Counted from the whole stretch's first letter, positions 28,682-39,194 are shown. The stretch is 59,198 bases of DNA, filler included, from Nitrospinae bacterium RIFCSPLOWO2_12_FULL_45_22 (GCA_001803565.1; 5 parts of 5 records of this genome joined end to end with filler, not necessarily neighbours in it), one strand, 5' to 3'. Program-made: numbers and translations. The notes: generated by a model from the sequence alone, not told the origin.

Positions 28682-29932
28682 TTATCCCTCCAGGAGTTTT
28701 ATGCTTAGTTCTCTATTAAGGGTTTTCGTTGGCTCCTTCCTCAGCATATGGAAGGCCCTAATGGCTCCTTGAACAAAGAGTCTTATGTAACCTATATCAC
28801 CAAATCGGCGCTCATATGCCTCTTCGGCCAGGCGGCGAATGATATCACCGGCTATATCGCCAGCAAAAGAGTGTTCATAAGCTTCTTCATATATGCTCCT
28901 GAGCTTCTGGCCAATCTCCTCCAGCAAGGCTATAGGCTCACGATCCATATCTTCCAGGTTGATCTTTACCCCCGAGGGGTTATAGAAGTCAAATACACTG
29001 GATATGCGCTGTTTCAATGCCTCATATACATTGGAAGCGCCTTCAAAGATATTCTCATCTGGTATAGCATAAAAGATCATCACGTTCTTGAAAGAGGCAT
29101 GACCACATTCATCAATCAGCTCCCGGAGGTTGCTAAGCATCAGTTCGCGCTGTTTACTGCTGAGGCTAGGCACTTGCTCAGCCTCATCAAATAGGATCAC
29201 TAAGCCCGAATATCCTATATTCCTTACCCATTGAATAAGCGAACGGATCATAGAAAAGGCATTGCTGCGCTCAATGGGATGCAACAGGCCATACTCCTTA
29301 TGCAAATTACGTTCATAACCCTCTACCCGTAACCACTGGATGATATTACGAGAGTCTTCTTCCCGGTCCTGATGTAGGAAGAGGAAGGCCTGGGATATTG
29401 CCCGAGCAAAATTGACATTTTCGAGGTCCCTTTGGATAGCCTTGGCATAGTTAATAAGCTCCTGGTCCAGGGTCTCTCCCTGCAACCCCGCATCCCGGAA
29501 GCTCTCAGTCTGTCTCTCATACCAGTTTATAATAAAAGGCTCAATCCCCTTTTCTACCCCTTTCAAAAGCTCTTCGGCATCCATGGGATACATGAGATTA
29601 TTGACAATAGCCCGGTAGACCAATTCTAGCCGGTGGAATGGGGCCTCTTCCGGGCTCAAGTTGACATAGCTTACAACAAAGTTTTCGTTCCAGGCCAGCT
29701 CCCGGACATTATATAAAAAGTGGGTCTTGCCACCGCCATAAGCGCCAATTACCAGCTTGATGGTAGAGCCACCATCGTCTTTAATGAAGGTCTTTAAGTA
29801 TTCTTCGTCAATCAGGTTAAGATACTCCTCCAGTCCTACGGTAAAGTACTGAAATCCCCACTCGGGTGGTGTGCCAAAAGAGCCCACCGTCTCAATGATC
29901 CGCCGTGCGCTCTTTTTATCCAACTGATTCAT
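28682..29932 (-). CDS. BrxD/DUF2791-like P-loop ATPase
   Basis: ARRIIE...GTPP, Walker A GAYGGGKTHF, PFHRLELVY, IGYSGLVILFDEAE, LRELIDE. Confidence 0.85.
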   Translation of the reverse strand: MNQLDKKSARRIIETVGSFGTPPEWGFQYFTVGLEEYLNLIDEEYLKTFIKDDGGSTIKLVIGAYGGGKTHFLYNVRELAWNENFVVSYVNLSPEEAPFHRLELVYRAIVNNLMYPMDAEELLKGVEKGIEPFIINWYERQTESFRDAGLQGETLDQELINYAKAIQRDLENVNFARAISQAFLFLHQDREEDSRNIIQWLRVEGYERNLHKEYGLLHPIERSNAFSMIRSLIQWVRNIGYSGLVILFDEAEQVPSLSSKQRELMLSNLRELIDECGHASFKNVMIFYAIPDENIFEGASNVYEALKQRISSVFDFYNPSGVKINLEDMDREPIALLEEIGQKLRSIYEEAYEHSFAGDIAGDIIRRLAEEAYERRFGDIGYIRLFVQGAIRAFHMLRKEPTKTLNRELSIKLLEG

Positions 29933-29984
29933 ACAAACCTTCTCCTACATGCATCTATTCATGCTATCCGTGTTCTATGTCGTT

Positions 29985-30854
29985 CTATGTCGTGGCCCCC
30001 TGACGGAAGTATACCGAGGCAAAGTGGGTACCATCACCCCTTGGATTAGTCGGGATCCAAAGGTTATCCTCTTTCGTTTTGGTCTGTTCCCGGCTAGCTA
30101 CTGCCAACCGTAATTCGTATTGGCCGTATTCTCGCTGTTTTAAGCAATAGAGATCGTAGCTCAGTTGCGTGCGGCCATAACTCTTGAAATGCTCTCTGCG
30201 GGGATCAGTGAGAAAGTCCTTACCCTGCTTGAGCCAGGCTATCTCCCTGAGCCAATAAATAATAGAAACATTGGCCCCCAATTCCAACCCCTCCCTCTTC
30301 ATCAAACTACTATAAGCCTCAAACAGAAGTTTAAGGAAATCCCTCTCCTCCTTAAAGCTGGCATTATCCAGGTCGGTATAGGTTTTTATTACGGTATTTA
30401 CCAGCTCATCAGTTACGAGCTGGGCCCGGCCCAGCAGCTCTATCTTGGGACCATACCAAATTCTAACCTGGCCCTGGGATAATAAAAACTCCAGGGTCAA
30501 CACTCCTACCCTTAACTCGGGTAAATTACCTTCTATCTTCCAGCCTTTCTCCTCAAACCTGCGCTCCAGCTCTGCCCCTAAATAAGCCTTGAGCTTATGC
30601 TTAGGATGCTCCAGTAATTTTTTCCTCTCTTCCACAAATTCCTTTACATTTTTCAAGTTCTCGTGGAGCTCCTCCAGCTCCTTTATCTGGCCTAGCCTTT
30701 GCTCCACCTTCTTTAGTCTCTCCTCTATCTGATAGGCATTTTTATCTATATCTTTTTCTAAATACTCTCCTTCCTTGAGATACTTCTCTATCTCCCCTAG
30801 TATCTGCCTACTCTGATTTATCTTTTTACGCAATTCCTGATAAGTATTTGCCAT
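29985..30854 (-). CDS. Hypothetical protein with an N-terminal coiled coil; first gene of the ATPase-helicase operon
   Basis: E/K/L-rich heptads in roughly the first 100 aa, GGAGG RBS, co-oriented with the ATPases. Confidence 0.8.
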   Translation of the reverse strand: MANTYQELRKKINQSRQILGEIEKYLKEGEYLEKDIDKNAYQIEERLKKVEQRLGQIKELEELHENLKNVKEFVEERKKLLEHPKHKLKAYLGAELERRFEEKGWKIEGNLPELRVGVLTLEFLLSQGQVRIWYGPKIELLGRAQLVTDELVNTVIKTYTDLDNASFKEERDFLKLLFEAYSSLMKREGLELGANVSIIYWLREIAWLKQGKDFLTDPRREHFKSYGRTQLSYDLYCLKQREYGQYELRLAVASREQTKTKEDNLWIPTNPRGDGTHFASVYFRQGATT

Positions 30855-31000
30855 GTTTAATAAACCTCCAATGGGATCAGTTTAACAGATAGGGAGAAAA
30901 ATTCAAGAATGGATGTCTGCTCACTTGCCACGGCAGGCACGGGGTCTAAGCTTGAAGGCTTCATCAAAATTATTTGCGTTAAGAATTTTTTTTCAGTCCT

Positions 31001-31903
31001 TCATAAAGAGGTCTTAAGGCATTCTAGTAGGAAATCGTTAAGGGCCTGGCATAAAGGCGAGGTCGTCCTGGTTTTATTGACAACTATATAAAAATCTCTC
31101 TGAAAAATTATCCCCTGAATGGGGATCTCTTTCAAAAGGCTACCCCTCAATTCCTCCTCCACTGCCCTTTTAGAGACAATAGATACTCCTACGCCGGTCT
31201 TGATCCCCTGGATAACCGCTTCAGTGCTACCCATCTCGGCTACTACCTGCAAAGATCTGCTATTTATCCCTCGCTTTGCCAGAGCTTGCTCCATAATCTT
31301 TCTGGTACCAGAACCTTTCTCCCGCATAATGAAAGGCTCTTCCAGCAGTTGCCTGGCAGATATAGACCTTTTCTTTACCCAGGGGTGCTTCGGTGGGACT
31401 ACTAAGATCAATACATCCTTCACAAAGTCTCTATAATCAAGCTTCCCATCCTCCCATTTAGCCCCCACCACACCTAATTCTAATCGCCCTTCCAAAACAT
31501 CCTGAACCACTTCCTGGCTATCGCTTATCTTCAAAATAATCTGGATCTCGGGATATTCTTCCTTAAACTTACCTAGCGCCTGGGGCAAGATATAAGTACC
31601 AGGGATAGTGCTGCCCCCTATAGTTAGCCTCCCCCGCATCCGCCCCTGGAACTGATTGATGGCTTGCTGGGCCTCTTGATACAACCCTAAAAGCTTCTGC
31701 GCATAGCTATAGAGGACTTCCCCACCTTTAGTAAGAACCACTTCTCTTCCCAGGCGGTCAAAGAGCTTAACCCCAAAGGCCTCTTCCAGTGACTGGATAT
31801 GCTCACTGACCGTAGGCTGAGACAGGAGCACCGCCTCGGCTGCCTTAGAAAAGCTCTTCAGGTCCGCAATCTTACAAAATATCTCTAATCGTCTTAAGTC
31901 CAT
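31001..31903 (-). CDS. LysR family regulator (CysL/selenium-metabolism-associated type)
   Basis: SFSKAAE...SQPTVSEHI HTH; GGSTIPGTYILP and REKGSGTR. Confidence 0.92.
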   Translation of the reverse strand: MDLRRLEIFCKIADLKSFSKAAEAVLLSQPTVSEHIQSLEEAFGVKLFDRLGREVVLTKGGEVLYSYAQKLLGLYQEAQQAINQFQGRMRGRLTIGGSTIPGTYILPQALGKFKEEYPEIQIILKISDSQEVVQDVLEGRLELGVVGAKWEDGKLDYRDFVKDVLILVVPPKHPWVKKRSISARQLLEEPFIMREKGSGTRKIMEQALAKRGINSRSLQVVAEMGSTEAVIQGIKTGVGVSIVSKRAVEEELRGSLLKEIPIQGIIFQRDFYIVVNKTRTTSPLCQALNDFLLECLKTSL

Positions 31904-32801
31904 CCAGCCTATACAAACTCACTCTTAGCGCAGCCTTGACCGCCGCTTCATATTCATCTGAGGTTATACGCCGGCCCAGGTACGGGTCCCCTATAGCCTT
32001 AAAGCAAGGCCTATACTGATCCATCATATTAACGTAAGTGTTGGAAGAAACCTCCCGGGCGATAAAAGACATGATTTCCTCAGTGCCAGCCAGACCCTGT
32101 GGTAATACCAGATGGCGTACCAGTAAGCCCCGTTGAGCTATACCCCGGCTATCTATAATTAAATCACCTACCTGACGGTGCATCTCTTGTAAGGCTGCCT
32201 TAGCCCTCTCGGGATAGTCCCTTGCCAGGGAGTATTTCTCTGCTACTTCCGGGTCGGCATACTTGAAATCGGGCATATAGATATCAAAGATACCCTCCAG
32301 GAGTTGCAATATTGTCAGGGACTCGTAGCCGCCACAGTTATATACCAGGGGTAGGTTCAGCCCCCCTTCCACCGCTAGCCCCAGGGCTTGAAGGATTTGG
32401 GGGACAAAGTGGGTTGGGGTAACAAAATTGATATTATGACAGCCCTGCCTTTGTAATTCCAGCATGTATTGAGCCAGGTGCCCGGCTGAGACCTTATGCC
32501 CTTGGGCCTTATGGCTTATATCGTAATTCTGGCAGAAGATACAACCAAGGTTACAATTGGTAAGGAATATGGTCCCGGAACCACTATAGCCTACCAGGGG
32601 CCGTTCCTCACCATAGTGGGGGCCATAACTGGATACCATAGCTTGTTTGCCACTGCGACAAAACCCCTCTTCATCAGCCAGGCGATTCACGCCGCAATGC
32701 CGTGGACAGAGAGAGCATTTTTCCATAAGCTTATATGCCGCTGCTATTCTCTCTCTTAGTACCCCTTTCGCAGCCAGCTCCAAATATGCTGCCCGGAACA
32801 T
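31872..32801 (-). CDS. Radical SAM protein (PflX-like)
   Basis: CSLCPRHC, CNLGCIFC, NINFVTPTH, DIYMPDFKY and VRHLVLP. Confidence 0.9.
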   Translation of the reverse strand: MFRAAYLELAAKGVLRERIAAAYKLMEKCSLCPRHCGVNRLADEEGFCRSGKQAMVSSYGPHYGEERPLVGYSGSGTIFLTNCNLGCIFCQNYDISHKAQGHKVSAGHLAQYMLELQRQGCHNINFVTPTHFVPQILQALGLAVEGGLNLPLVYNCGGYESLTILQLLEGIFDIYMPDFKYADPEVAEKYSLARDYPERAKAALQEMHRQVGDLIIDSRGIAQRGLLVRHLVLPQGLAGTEEIMSFIAREVSSNTYVNMMDQYRPCFKAIGDPYLGRRITSDEYEAAVKAALRVSLYRLDGLKTIRDIL

Positions 32802-32834
32802 CTTTTCCTTTCCTTTATCTTAAACTAAATATAA

Positions 32835-32859
32835 GACTCGTTCGGGAAACGAGCCCTCC
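32835..32859 (-). repeat. REP-like palindrome
   Basis: Minus strand GGAGGGCTCGTTTCCCGAACGAGTC. Confidence 0.4.
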
Positions 32860-32890
32860 TTGCCCAAATCCTTCAGGAAGCAATTATAGC

Positions 32891-33617
32891 TCAGGAATAG
32901 AAATCTGCCTCTAACCACCCTTTGACCTTCCAATATTCATAATCCGCTTTGAAGATATCCTTATTTTTAATTATAATATTTTTAAAACCTTGAAAACTGA
33001 GCAGATCCATCTGACTGGGTGGATACTCTCTCGCCTCCTCTATTGCCCTTATAAGGTCATTTGCCAGTTCAATAACCCTATTAAAGATTTTCCCTTGTTC
33101 TATGGAGGTATCTTCAAAGCCTAACCTGGCCCCTAGCTCACCTATCGGCCTAGCACCGAATATCCGGAAAACATCTCTTAAGTAAGCCGAAACTCCCTTT
33201 TCCCCGGTTACCGCTGTCGTTGCAACCGCCACAAAGTATTTGCCAATAAGTGGGGGCCTATGAGTCCAAAAACAGCACCGGTCAAGAAAGGCCTTAGCCT
33301 GGGCGCTGACTTGAAGGAGATATGTTGGACTACCAAATATTATACCATCCGAGGCTAATATCTTATCCTGGATAAAAGCTACATCATCCCTTTGCGGGCA
33401 ACTGCCTTCCGTTAAACAAAGGAAACAGGCATTACAGCAATTTATCTGGAAGTCACTTAAATNNNNNNNNNNNNCAGCAATTTATCTGGAAGTCACTTAA
33501 ATGTATCAATTCGATATCCGCTCCTCGGGTAGAGACCTCTCTCATCATCTCATCTACGATTTTATAAGTATTCCCCTTTTCTTTACGGGGACTTGCTAGA
33601 ATGCCTATAATTTTCAT
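32891..33617 (-). CDS. Flavodoxin family / iron-sulfur flavoprotein (split by an assembly gap)
   Basis: MKIIGILASPR..GNT, C..C..C...C cluster and GSPTY. Removing 12 N plus the duplicated 28 bp (33435-33462 = 33475-33502) gives one open 229-codon frame. Confidence 0.85.
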
Positions 33618-33707
33618 AGCTTCCATCTCCCACTCAAACCCATCCGCATTGGAAAATAAGTTAACATACACGTTATTTATGTACAATTAAACTTATTATT
33701 TGTCAAT

Positions 33708-34470
33708 ATGGATGCCCACTCTATTCCTCTGTATTCCAGGCCTGTAGTGAGCAGAGCGAATCTAAGGGAAATCAAGGCATCTTATATTTCCCAGGAGAAG
33801 GTATATGTGAAGGTTATAAGAGCCTTCTATACCCAGGATCAAGAAGGAGGAAAGCCCCTTTTTATTCGGGCATGCTACTCAGGAACGACGGCGGGCCAGG
33901 CTACCCCTGCCTTGGTAGAGGCCGCCCAAGCTATCCTGGGGAGCACTTTCCTCAGCGTTACTGATAAAGAGTGGTATGTCGCCCAACTCCTGGAATACCT
34001 GGATAAAATTTATAAGATCGAAGTCCTCTTGCCGGTTAAACGCACGGCCAAAAGGCTCCAAGAGATGGAAGCGATAGATTTCCCGACCTTCGAGGCTAAG
34101 GCCGGTGATGCGCCTTTAGCTACCTTATTTACTGCCTTGGATGGTTTTACCGGGCGACTAAGGCTTTTTGTAAAGAGGAATCCCGACGGGACTCTTTTCG
34201 GTTTAACCACTATGTGGTATCAGATGACCCTATGACAACATTTGGTAGCCTATCACCTGATGGACAATTTCAGAATGAACCTGGCCTCTAAATTTGCCAC
34301 GATGACTCCAGAACTTATTCACCGCCATATTATCCAGGGAGTTCAAGGAAAGTCTTTCAAAAATTTACCATGGATAAGAATAACCGATGAGGATTCATCT
34401 CAATGGTCCTAAAACTGGAAACTCCTTCTGGTCAAATATGAAGAGGATGCCCAAAGTCAAACAAAGTAAT
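33708..34470 (+). pseudogene. Degenerate DDE-type transposase-like pseudogene
   Basis: VNMDAH and LSVTDKEWY resemble DDE acidic motifs. The frame continues past TGA 34233 (QHLVAYHLMDNFRMNL...) with a further internal stop. Confidence 0.45.
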
Positions 34471-34479
34471 GAAAATAAA

Positions 34480-34517
34480 TTCCCAATTTAGGAAATTTTA
34501 TTCCCAATTTAGGAAAT
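34480..34517. promoter_or_regulatory. Direct repeat, candidate enhancer (UAS)
   Basis: ATTCCCAATTTAGGAAAT twice, about 100-140 bp upstream of the sigma-54 motif. Confidence 0.5.
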
Positions 34518-34617
34518 GAAATACCTTTTTATCCACTTCGTTAGAGATCTAGATTGGGAAAAAAAACTTGAAAAAAGACTTGATAGTTAAGATTTTCAGA
34601 AGAAAAATGAATGGGAA

Positions 34618-34633
34618 TGGCATAAATATTGCT
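34618..34633 (+). promoter_or_regulatory. Sigma-54 (-24/-12) promoter
   Basis: TGGCAT-AAATA-TTGCT with the correct GG-N10-GC spacing. Confidence 0.7.
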
Positions 34634-35164
34634 ATATTTTCTCTATTAGTTGTTTCAAGAGGCTCAATATTTATTAATCTCCATTCATAAGAAACACTCA
34701 TAGACCTATGGGCCAGGAGTGTTTCGTCAAAAAGACACAAAGTAAATTCCTATCAGCTCAAATTAGTCCGGGAGCTGGACCCATGCGGAGGTGATTAGTC
34801 ATTGTTTTAGCTGAAAAGGGATACTTTGAATCTTATCATGCCCTTCTTTTCAAGGGGGAAAATAGGGCGAGATATCCCTTTTGGAATGCTAGCAATCCAG
34901 TAAAAATTGTTAGGCTCATATTTTACTCATTGATTGTGGTTTCTCTTGTCCTACCTAGGTTTATTACTCATGCCATTATAAAAGCCATGATAGTTAAAAT
35001 GAGGAGTGACCGAGCCCTTCCATTGGGCCGGAAGGAGGTGATGTTCTATAGGGAGTCTCAGTTTGCTGACCCAATAACCCTTATCGTGGAGATGGGGAGG
35101 AGTGAATTTGTCCCGGTTGCTGATGTCTATACATAAATTTTGTGAGTAGGAGAGGAGAGAGATT

Positions 35165-35668
35165 ATGAAAAGGTTATTATTACTGATAAGTTTATTTCTG
35201 GGGATTACTCTAGCATTAGCAGGGCAGGCTCAGGCCACATGGTATTGGACCCATGGGCATAGTGGCAAAATACAAGATAGGAGTAAAGTCATTCCCTGGG
35301 CTAACAATTCGATTGAATATGGATGGGGTTTGGATTTTCGGCTGAACCCTTTCAACAATACCTGGGTCCATTTTGCTGTTCCATCTGAAGGCAGCGGTGC
35401 TAAGGGTGTCCGATACATAAGGCTCAAATTCACGACCCAGAGCAATGTCGCTACGGTAACTGCCATCGATGTCTATGACGGTAATGTCATGTTTAAGCAC
35501 TTAGCAGGAAATTGGTTCGGGTCGCAGGACATACAACTGGATTTAGGTCAAAAGTGGAAGATTTCGAGGGCCCTTGGCATTTCAGTCCGAGTTGGTGTTG
35601 GGGATACGGGGTCGGCGCAGTGGTTCCGTTTTATTTTCGTGGGTGCTGACTTTGTACCTTTCCCGTAA
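35165..35668 (+). CDS. Secreted beta-rich protein (DUF6623-like)
   Basis: Signal peptide ending AQA, W.HG and WVHFAVP motifs, AGGAG RBS. Confidence 0.7.
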   Translation: MKRLLLLISLFLGITLALAGQAQATWYWTHGHSGKIQDRSKVIPWANNSIEYGWGLDFRLNPFNNTWVHFAVPSEGSGAKGVRYIRLKFTTQSNVATVTAIDVYDGNVMFKHLAGNWFGSQDIQLDLGQKWKISRALGISVRVGVGDTGSAQWFRFIFVGADFVPFP

Positions 35669-35975
35669 AATTATTGACCAACATTATCCACCTCCACGAT
35701 AAGGGTAACAATTAAACCTGGATCCAAAGCGGTGCGCGAATCGCAGGACAAAACCATTAATGAGTAAGGCCAAAGGCCGGCTTTATATAAGAGGCGCATA
35801 TTGAAGGACATGAAGAAAGAGGATCAACCCTGAACCAATGCAGATTTAAAATTGGAAGAATCACATCCTAAAACTGTTTGTTTATCTTGAGGTCATCCAT
35901 CATTTCGTCATGACGGTTCTTCGCCGATACTTTTAAGGGTAAGCATGTCATATGATAAAGGCATAGTGGATAACG

Positions 35976-36971
35976 ATGAACAAAGTTAATTGTAAAGTTT
36001 CTATTGCCCTTAATACCTGCCCGAGGAGATATAAGGTAGCTTGCATAAGCATTCCCCTCATCCTCTATTTTATCATCGGTGTTGCTGCTCCCAACGATAT
36101 AGCTAAGGCAGGTAATAATCTTGAGAGAGCTGAGATATACACCTCTACCGGAAAAAATATTTCTTTTATTAAAATCCAAAACGATCTCTTGACTGTGCGG
36201 TTAAAAGATACGCCCCTGCAAAAGGTCTTGAAAGAGATCGCCCGTCAAAGTGGTCTGAAAATCCTTCTTTATATTCCCATAGAAGATAAGGTTTCGTTAG
36301 AATTTTATGCTCTGCCCTTGGAGAGGGGGTTACATAGAATATTGTGCGATAAAAATCATATCTTTCTATATTTTAAAACAAAATCTGAGCCAGGAAAATT
36401 TTCTCCTATTCGCTTAAGGGAGGTAAGGGTCTATCCTAATGGTTACTGGATAGCAGGAAATGAACATGAAGGCGAGAAAGAGCAGCTTCACCAATTAAAA
36501 AGGCGGCTTTTAGAAGACCCGGATGCGAATGTTCGAGAAAGTGCTGCCGAAGCCCTGGGCAAAAGTGGAGACCCAAGAGCAATGGATCTTCTTTTACAGG
36601 CCCTTATGGATGAGAACCCCAATATCCGCATTCGGGCTCTCTTCGCCTTATCCGAGCTGGTAGGCCCTATTCCTTTAGAACCTATAAAAGATATAGCCCT
36701 TCATGATGGAGAGCCGGAAGTAAAAATATATGCCATAGAGGCCCTCAGAGATATAGGTAAAAATGAGTCTATAGAAATCTTTAAGTTAGCATTAAATGAC
36801 ATGAATAGAGGAGTTCGCTTGGCCGTGATAGAAGCCTTAGGTGATATAGGGGGGGCTGAAGCCTTGAATGTATTAAAACTTGCTTCTTATGATGATGATG
36901 TAAATGTTAGAATTATGGCGGCAGAGCTAGTGAAGACCATGGAGATGGAAGATGAATATCCAGCCGATTGA
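35976..36971 (+). CDS. HEAT repeat protein with an N-terminal STN/secretin-N-like domain
   Basis: LTVRLKDTPLQKVLKEIARQSG, then repeated L.D....VR..AA.ALG. Confidence 0.8.
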   Translation: MNKVNCKVSIALNTCPRRYKVACISIPLILYFIIGVAAPNDIAKAGNNLERAEIYTSTGKNISFIKIQNDLLTVRLKDTPLQKVLKEIARQSGLKILLYIPIEDKVSLEFYALPLERGLHRILCDKNHIFLYFKTKSEPGKFSPIRLREVRVYPNGYWIAGNEHEGEKEQLHQLKRRLLEDPDANVRESAAEALGKSGDPRAMDLLLQALMDENPNIRIRALFALSELVGPIPLEPIKDIALHDGEPEVKIYAIEALRDIGKNESIEIFKLALNDMNRGVRLAVIEALGDIGGAEALNVLKLASYDDDVNVRIMAAELVKTMEMEDEYPAD

Positions 36972-37091
36972 TGCTCTTTTATAGCCCCAGTTCTGCCCAT
37001 TGCCAGATCCTCTGGCTCAAGGTGATAAAATGTTTTTCTCTAGCCCATATCCTATCTATTATTGAGCCCGTGTCTTCCATGGCTATTATCC

Positions 37092-38122
37092 CTATAACGA
37101 CATTTAAATAATTTTTAGTGGCACTTCGATACATAATCTGCTCTATATATTTGGTAAAAAATTGACCTGCCTGGCGGCAGACAGGAAGGAGGCAGATTAT
37201 GTTACCAAAATGTCGGAGCGAAGGTGATTTGTTTTCGATCCCAAAATTTTTAGCATTGAGAAAGATGGTGTTGAAGGCTTTATNNNNNNNNNNNNNNNNN
37301 NNNNNNNNNNNNNNNNNNNNNNNNNNNNNNNNNNNNNNNNNNNNNAGAATTTTTTTCAATACATGGTGGGCCAATTTAGTGAATTGGAGAGGAAATCTAT
37401 AGAACCGATCGCCTTGACTGTTCAAGATGGAAAAGTTCGGTCTATGCAAAGGTTTATAAGTGACGTGGTTTGGGACGAAGAAAAAGTATTGTACAAATAT
37501 CGTGGTCTGGTTAATGAAGATCTGGGTGATCCCAAGGGGGTACTGATTTTTGATGAGACAGGATTTCTCAAAAAGGGCAACGATTCTGTAGGCGTTGCCA
37601 AACAGTATTGTGGAAGTATAGGCAAGATTGAGAATTGCCAAGTGGGGGTTTTTGCCGCATATGCATCTGCCCATGGCTATGCCCTATTAGACAAACGGCT
37701 ATTTATACCCGAGAAGTGGTTTACAGAGGAGTACGCTGGCAGGAGAAAAAAATGTGATGTTCTTGAAGAGACAGAATTCAAGAGCAAACCCCAGTTGGCC
37801 GTTGAGATGTTACGGGGGCTTCAAAATCAAGAAACCCTATTACCTAAGTAATGCTCCGGTAAGCACTCGATTGAAAGTTTTTGTCTGGCTAAGCGGCATA
37901 CGCTGGGCAGTAGAACAATGTTTTGAAGAGACAAAAACTGAACTGGGAATGGATCAATATGAGGTAAGAAAATACCCAGGATGGAATCACCATATTCTGA
38001 CTTGCATGTTGGCCCATTTTTTCCTCTGGCATTTGAAGATAAGGTTGGGGGAAAAAAAGCACCATCCATTACGCTGTCGCAGCTTAGGATTTTACTGAAG
38101 GTCGTGTTACCATTGAGAACCT
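37092..38122 (+). mobile_element. IS701 family insertion sequence; transposase internally deleted/frameshifted
   Basis: RKSIEPIA, LIFDETGFLKKG..SVGVAKQYCG..GKIENCQVGV and, in another frame, RWAVEQCFEETKTELGMDQYEVR. The middle of the transposase is missing; gap at 37284-37345. Confidence 0.88.
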
Positions 38123-38222
38123 NNNNNNNNNNNNNNNNNNNNNNNNNNNNNNNNNNNNNNNNNNNNTTAATTAATTAANNNNNNNNNNNNNNNNNNNNNN
38201 NNNNNNNNNNNNNNNNNNNNNN
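38123..38222. other. Artificial contig linker
   Basis: N-run, TTAATTAATTAA, N-run. Confidence 0.98.
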
Positions 38223-39194
38223 AAGATATTGATTACTGGTGGCGCAGGGTTTATTGGTTCTCATCTGGCAGAGGAATTGATCTGCCGGGGTGACGAGGTC
38301 TATATAATTGATGACCTTTCTACCGGCACCTTAAATAACATAAACCATCTGCGGGAACACAAAAATTTTCACCTCGTGATTGATACTATCCTTAACGAAG
38401 GGGTGATGAATGAGCTGATCAATAAATGTGATCAGGTCTATCACCTGGCCGCCGCGGTAGGTGTGAAGCTCATCATGAATAAACCGGTAGAAACCATAGA
38501 AACCAATGTGAAAGGTACAGAGATCATCTTGAGATTAGCCAATAAGTTCAAGAAGAAGGTCTTATTAGCCTCTTCCTCGGAGGTTTACGGAAAGTCTCTG
38601 GAGATCAATGGTGCTAATGAAACTCTAAGCGAAACAGATGACCGGCTCTTAGGGGCTACCAGTAAGAGGCGTTGGGCATATGCCTGTTCCAAGACTATTG
38701 ATGAATTCCTGGCCCTGGCTTATTATGAAGAGAAGAGACTGCCAGTAATCATTGTCCGCTTCTTCAATACCGTGGGTCCCAGGCAGACCGGGCAATATGG
38801 CATGGTGGTGCCAAATTTTGTCCAGAAGGCCCTGCTCGGAAGGCCCATTACGGTTTATGGTGATGGTAACCAGACTCGGAGCTTCATTTATGTGGGGGAT
38901 ACGGTGCGGGCTATTATTGATCTTATGACCTGTCCGGCCGCTATAGGCCAAATAATTAACCTGGGGTCAGGTAAAGAGATCTCTATAGCCGAATTGGCTA
39001 AAAAGGTCAAAGAAATGACCCGTAGCTCTTCAGAGATTATCTATATTCCTTATGCGCAGATCTATGGCCCGGGATTTGAAGATATGCAACGCCGGACACC
39101 CAATATTAATAAGGTCAGGGCCCTTATAGGATTTGAGCCAAAGATCACATTAGAAGAGATGCTCCGGAGTGTAATCGAATATTATCAGGATTAG
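38223..39194 (+). CDS. NAD-dependent nucleotide-sugar epimerase/dehydratase (start codon cut off)
   Basis: ILITGGAGFIGSH, HLAAAVGV, SSSEVYG, YACSK and RFFNTVGPRQ. Confidence 0.92.
   Translation, partial: KILITGGAGFIGSHLAEELICRGDEVYIIDDLSTGTLNNINHLREHKNFHLVIDTILNEGVMNELINKCDQVYHLAAAVGVKLIMNKPVETIETNVKGTEIILRLANKFKKKVLLASSSEVYGKSLEINGANETLSETDDRLLGATSKRRWAYACSKTIDEFLALAYYEEKRLPVIIVRFFNTVGPRQTGQYGMVVPNFVQKALLGRPITVYGDGNQTRSFIYVGDTVRAIIDLMTCPAAIGQIINLGSGKEISIAELAKKVKEMTRSSSEIIYIPYAQIYGPGFEDMQRRTPNINKVRALIGFEPKITLEEMLRSVIEYYQD

Noticed and set aside
33435-33502. 28-bp tandem duplication / split flavoprotein gene
   Set aside because: An unmerged scaffold overlap around 12 Ns; collapsing it restores one reading frame.
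34233-34235. Selenocysteine recoding of an in-frame TGA
   Set aside because: There is no redox motif context and a TAA follows in the same frame; pseudogenisation is the simpler explanation.
34690-34800. c-di-GMP-I riboswitch (GACACAAAG seen)
   Set aside because: The flanking P1/P2 consensus is not recognisable by eye; an Rfam scan is needed.
37166-37185. CCTGCCTGGCGGCAGACAGG short palindrome inside the IS701 leader
   Set aside because: A single short copy with only a weak relative near 30925; insufficient to define a family here.
36979-37674. 231-aa minus-strand ORF and other antisense ORFs in the track
   Set aside because: They are shadows of well-supported genes or the IS701 transposase, with no motifs of their own.
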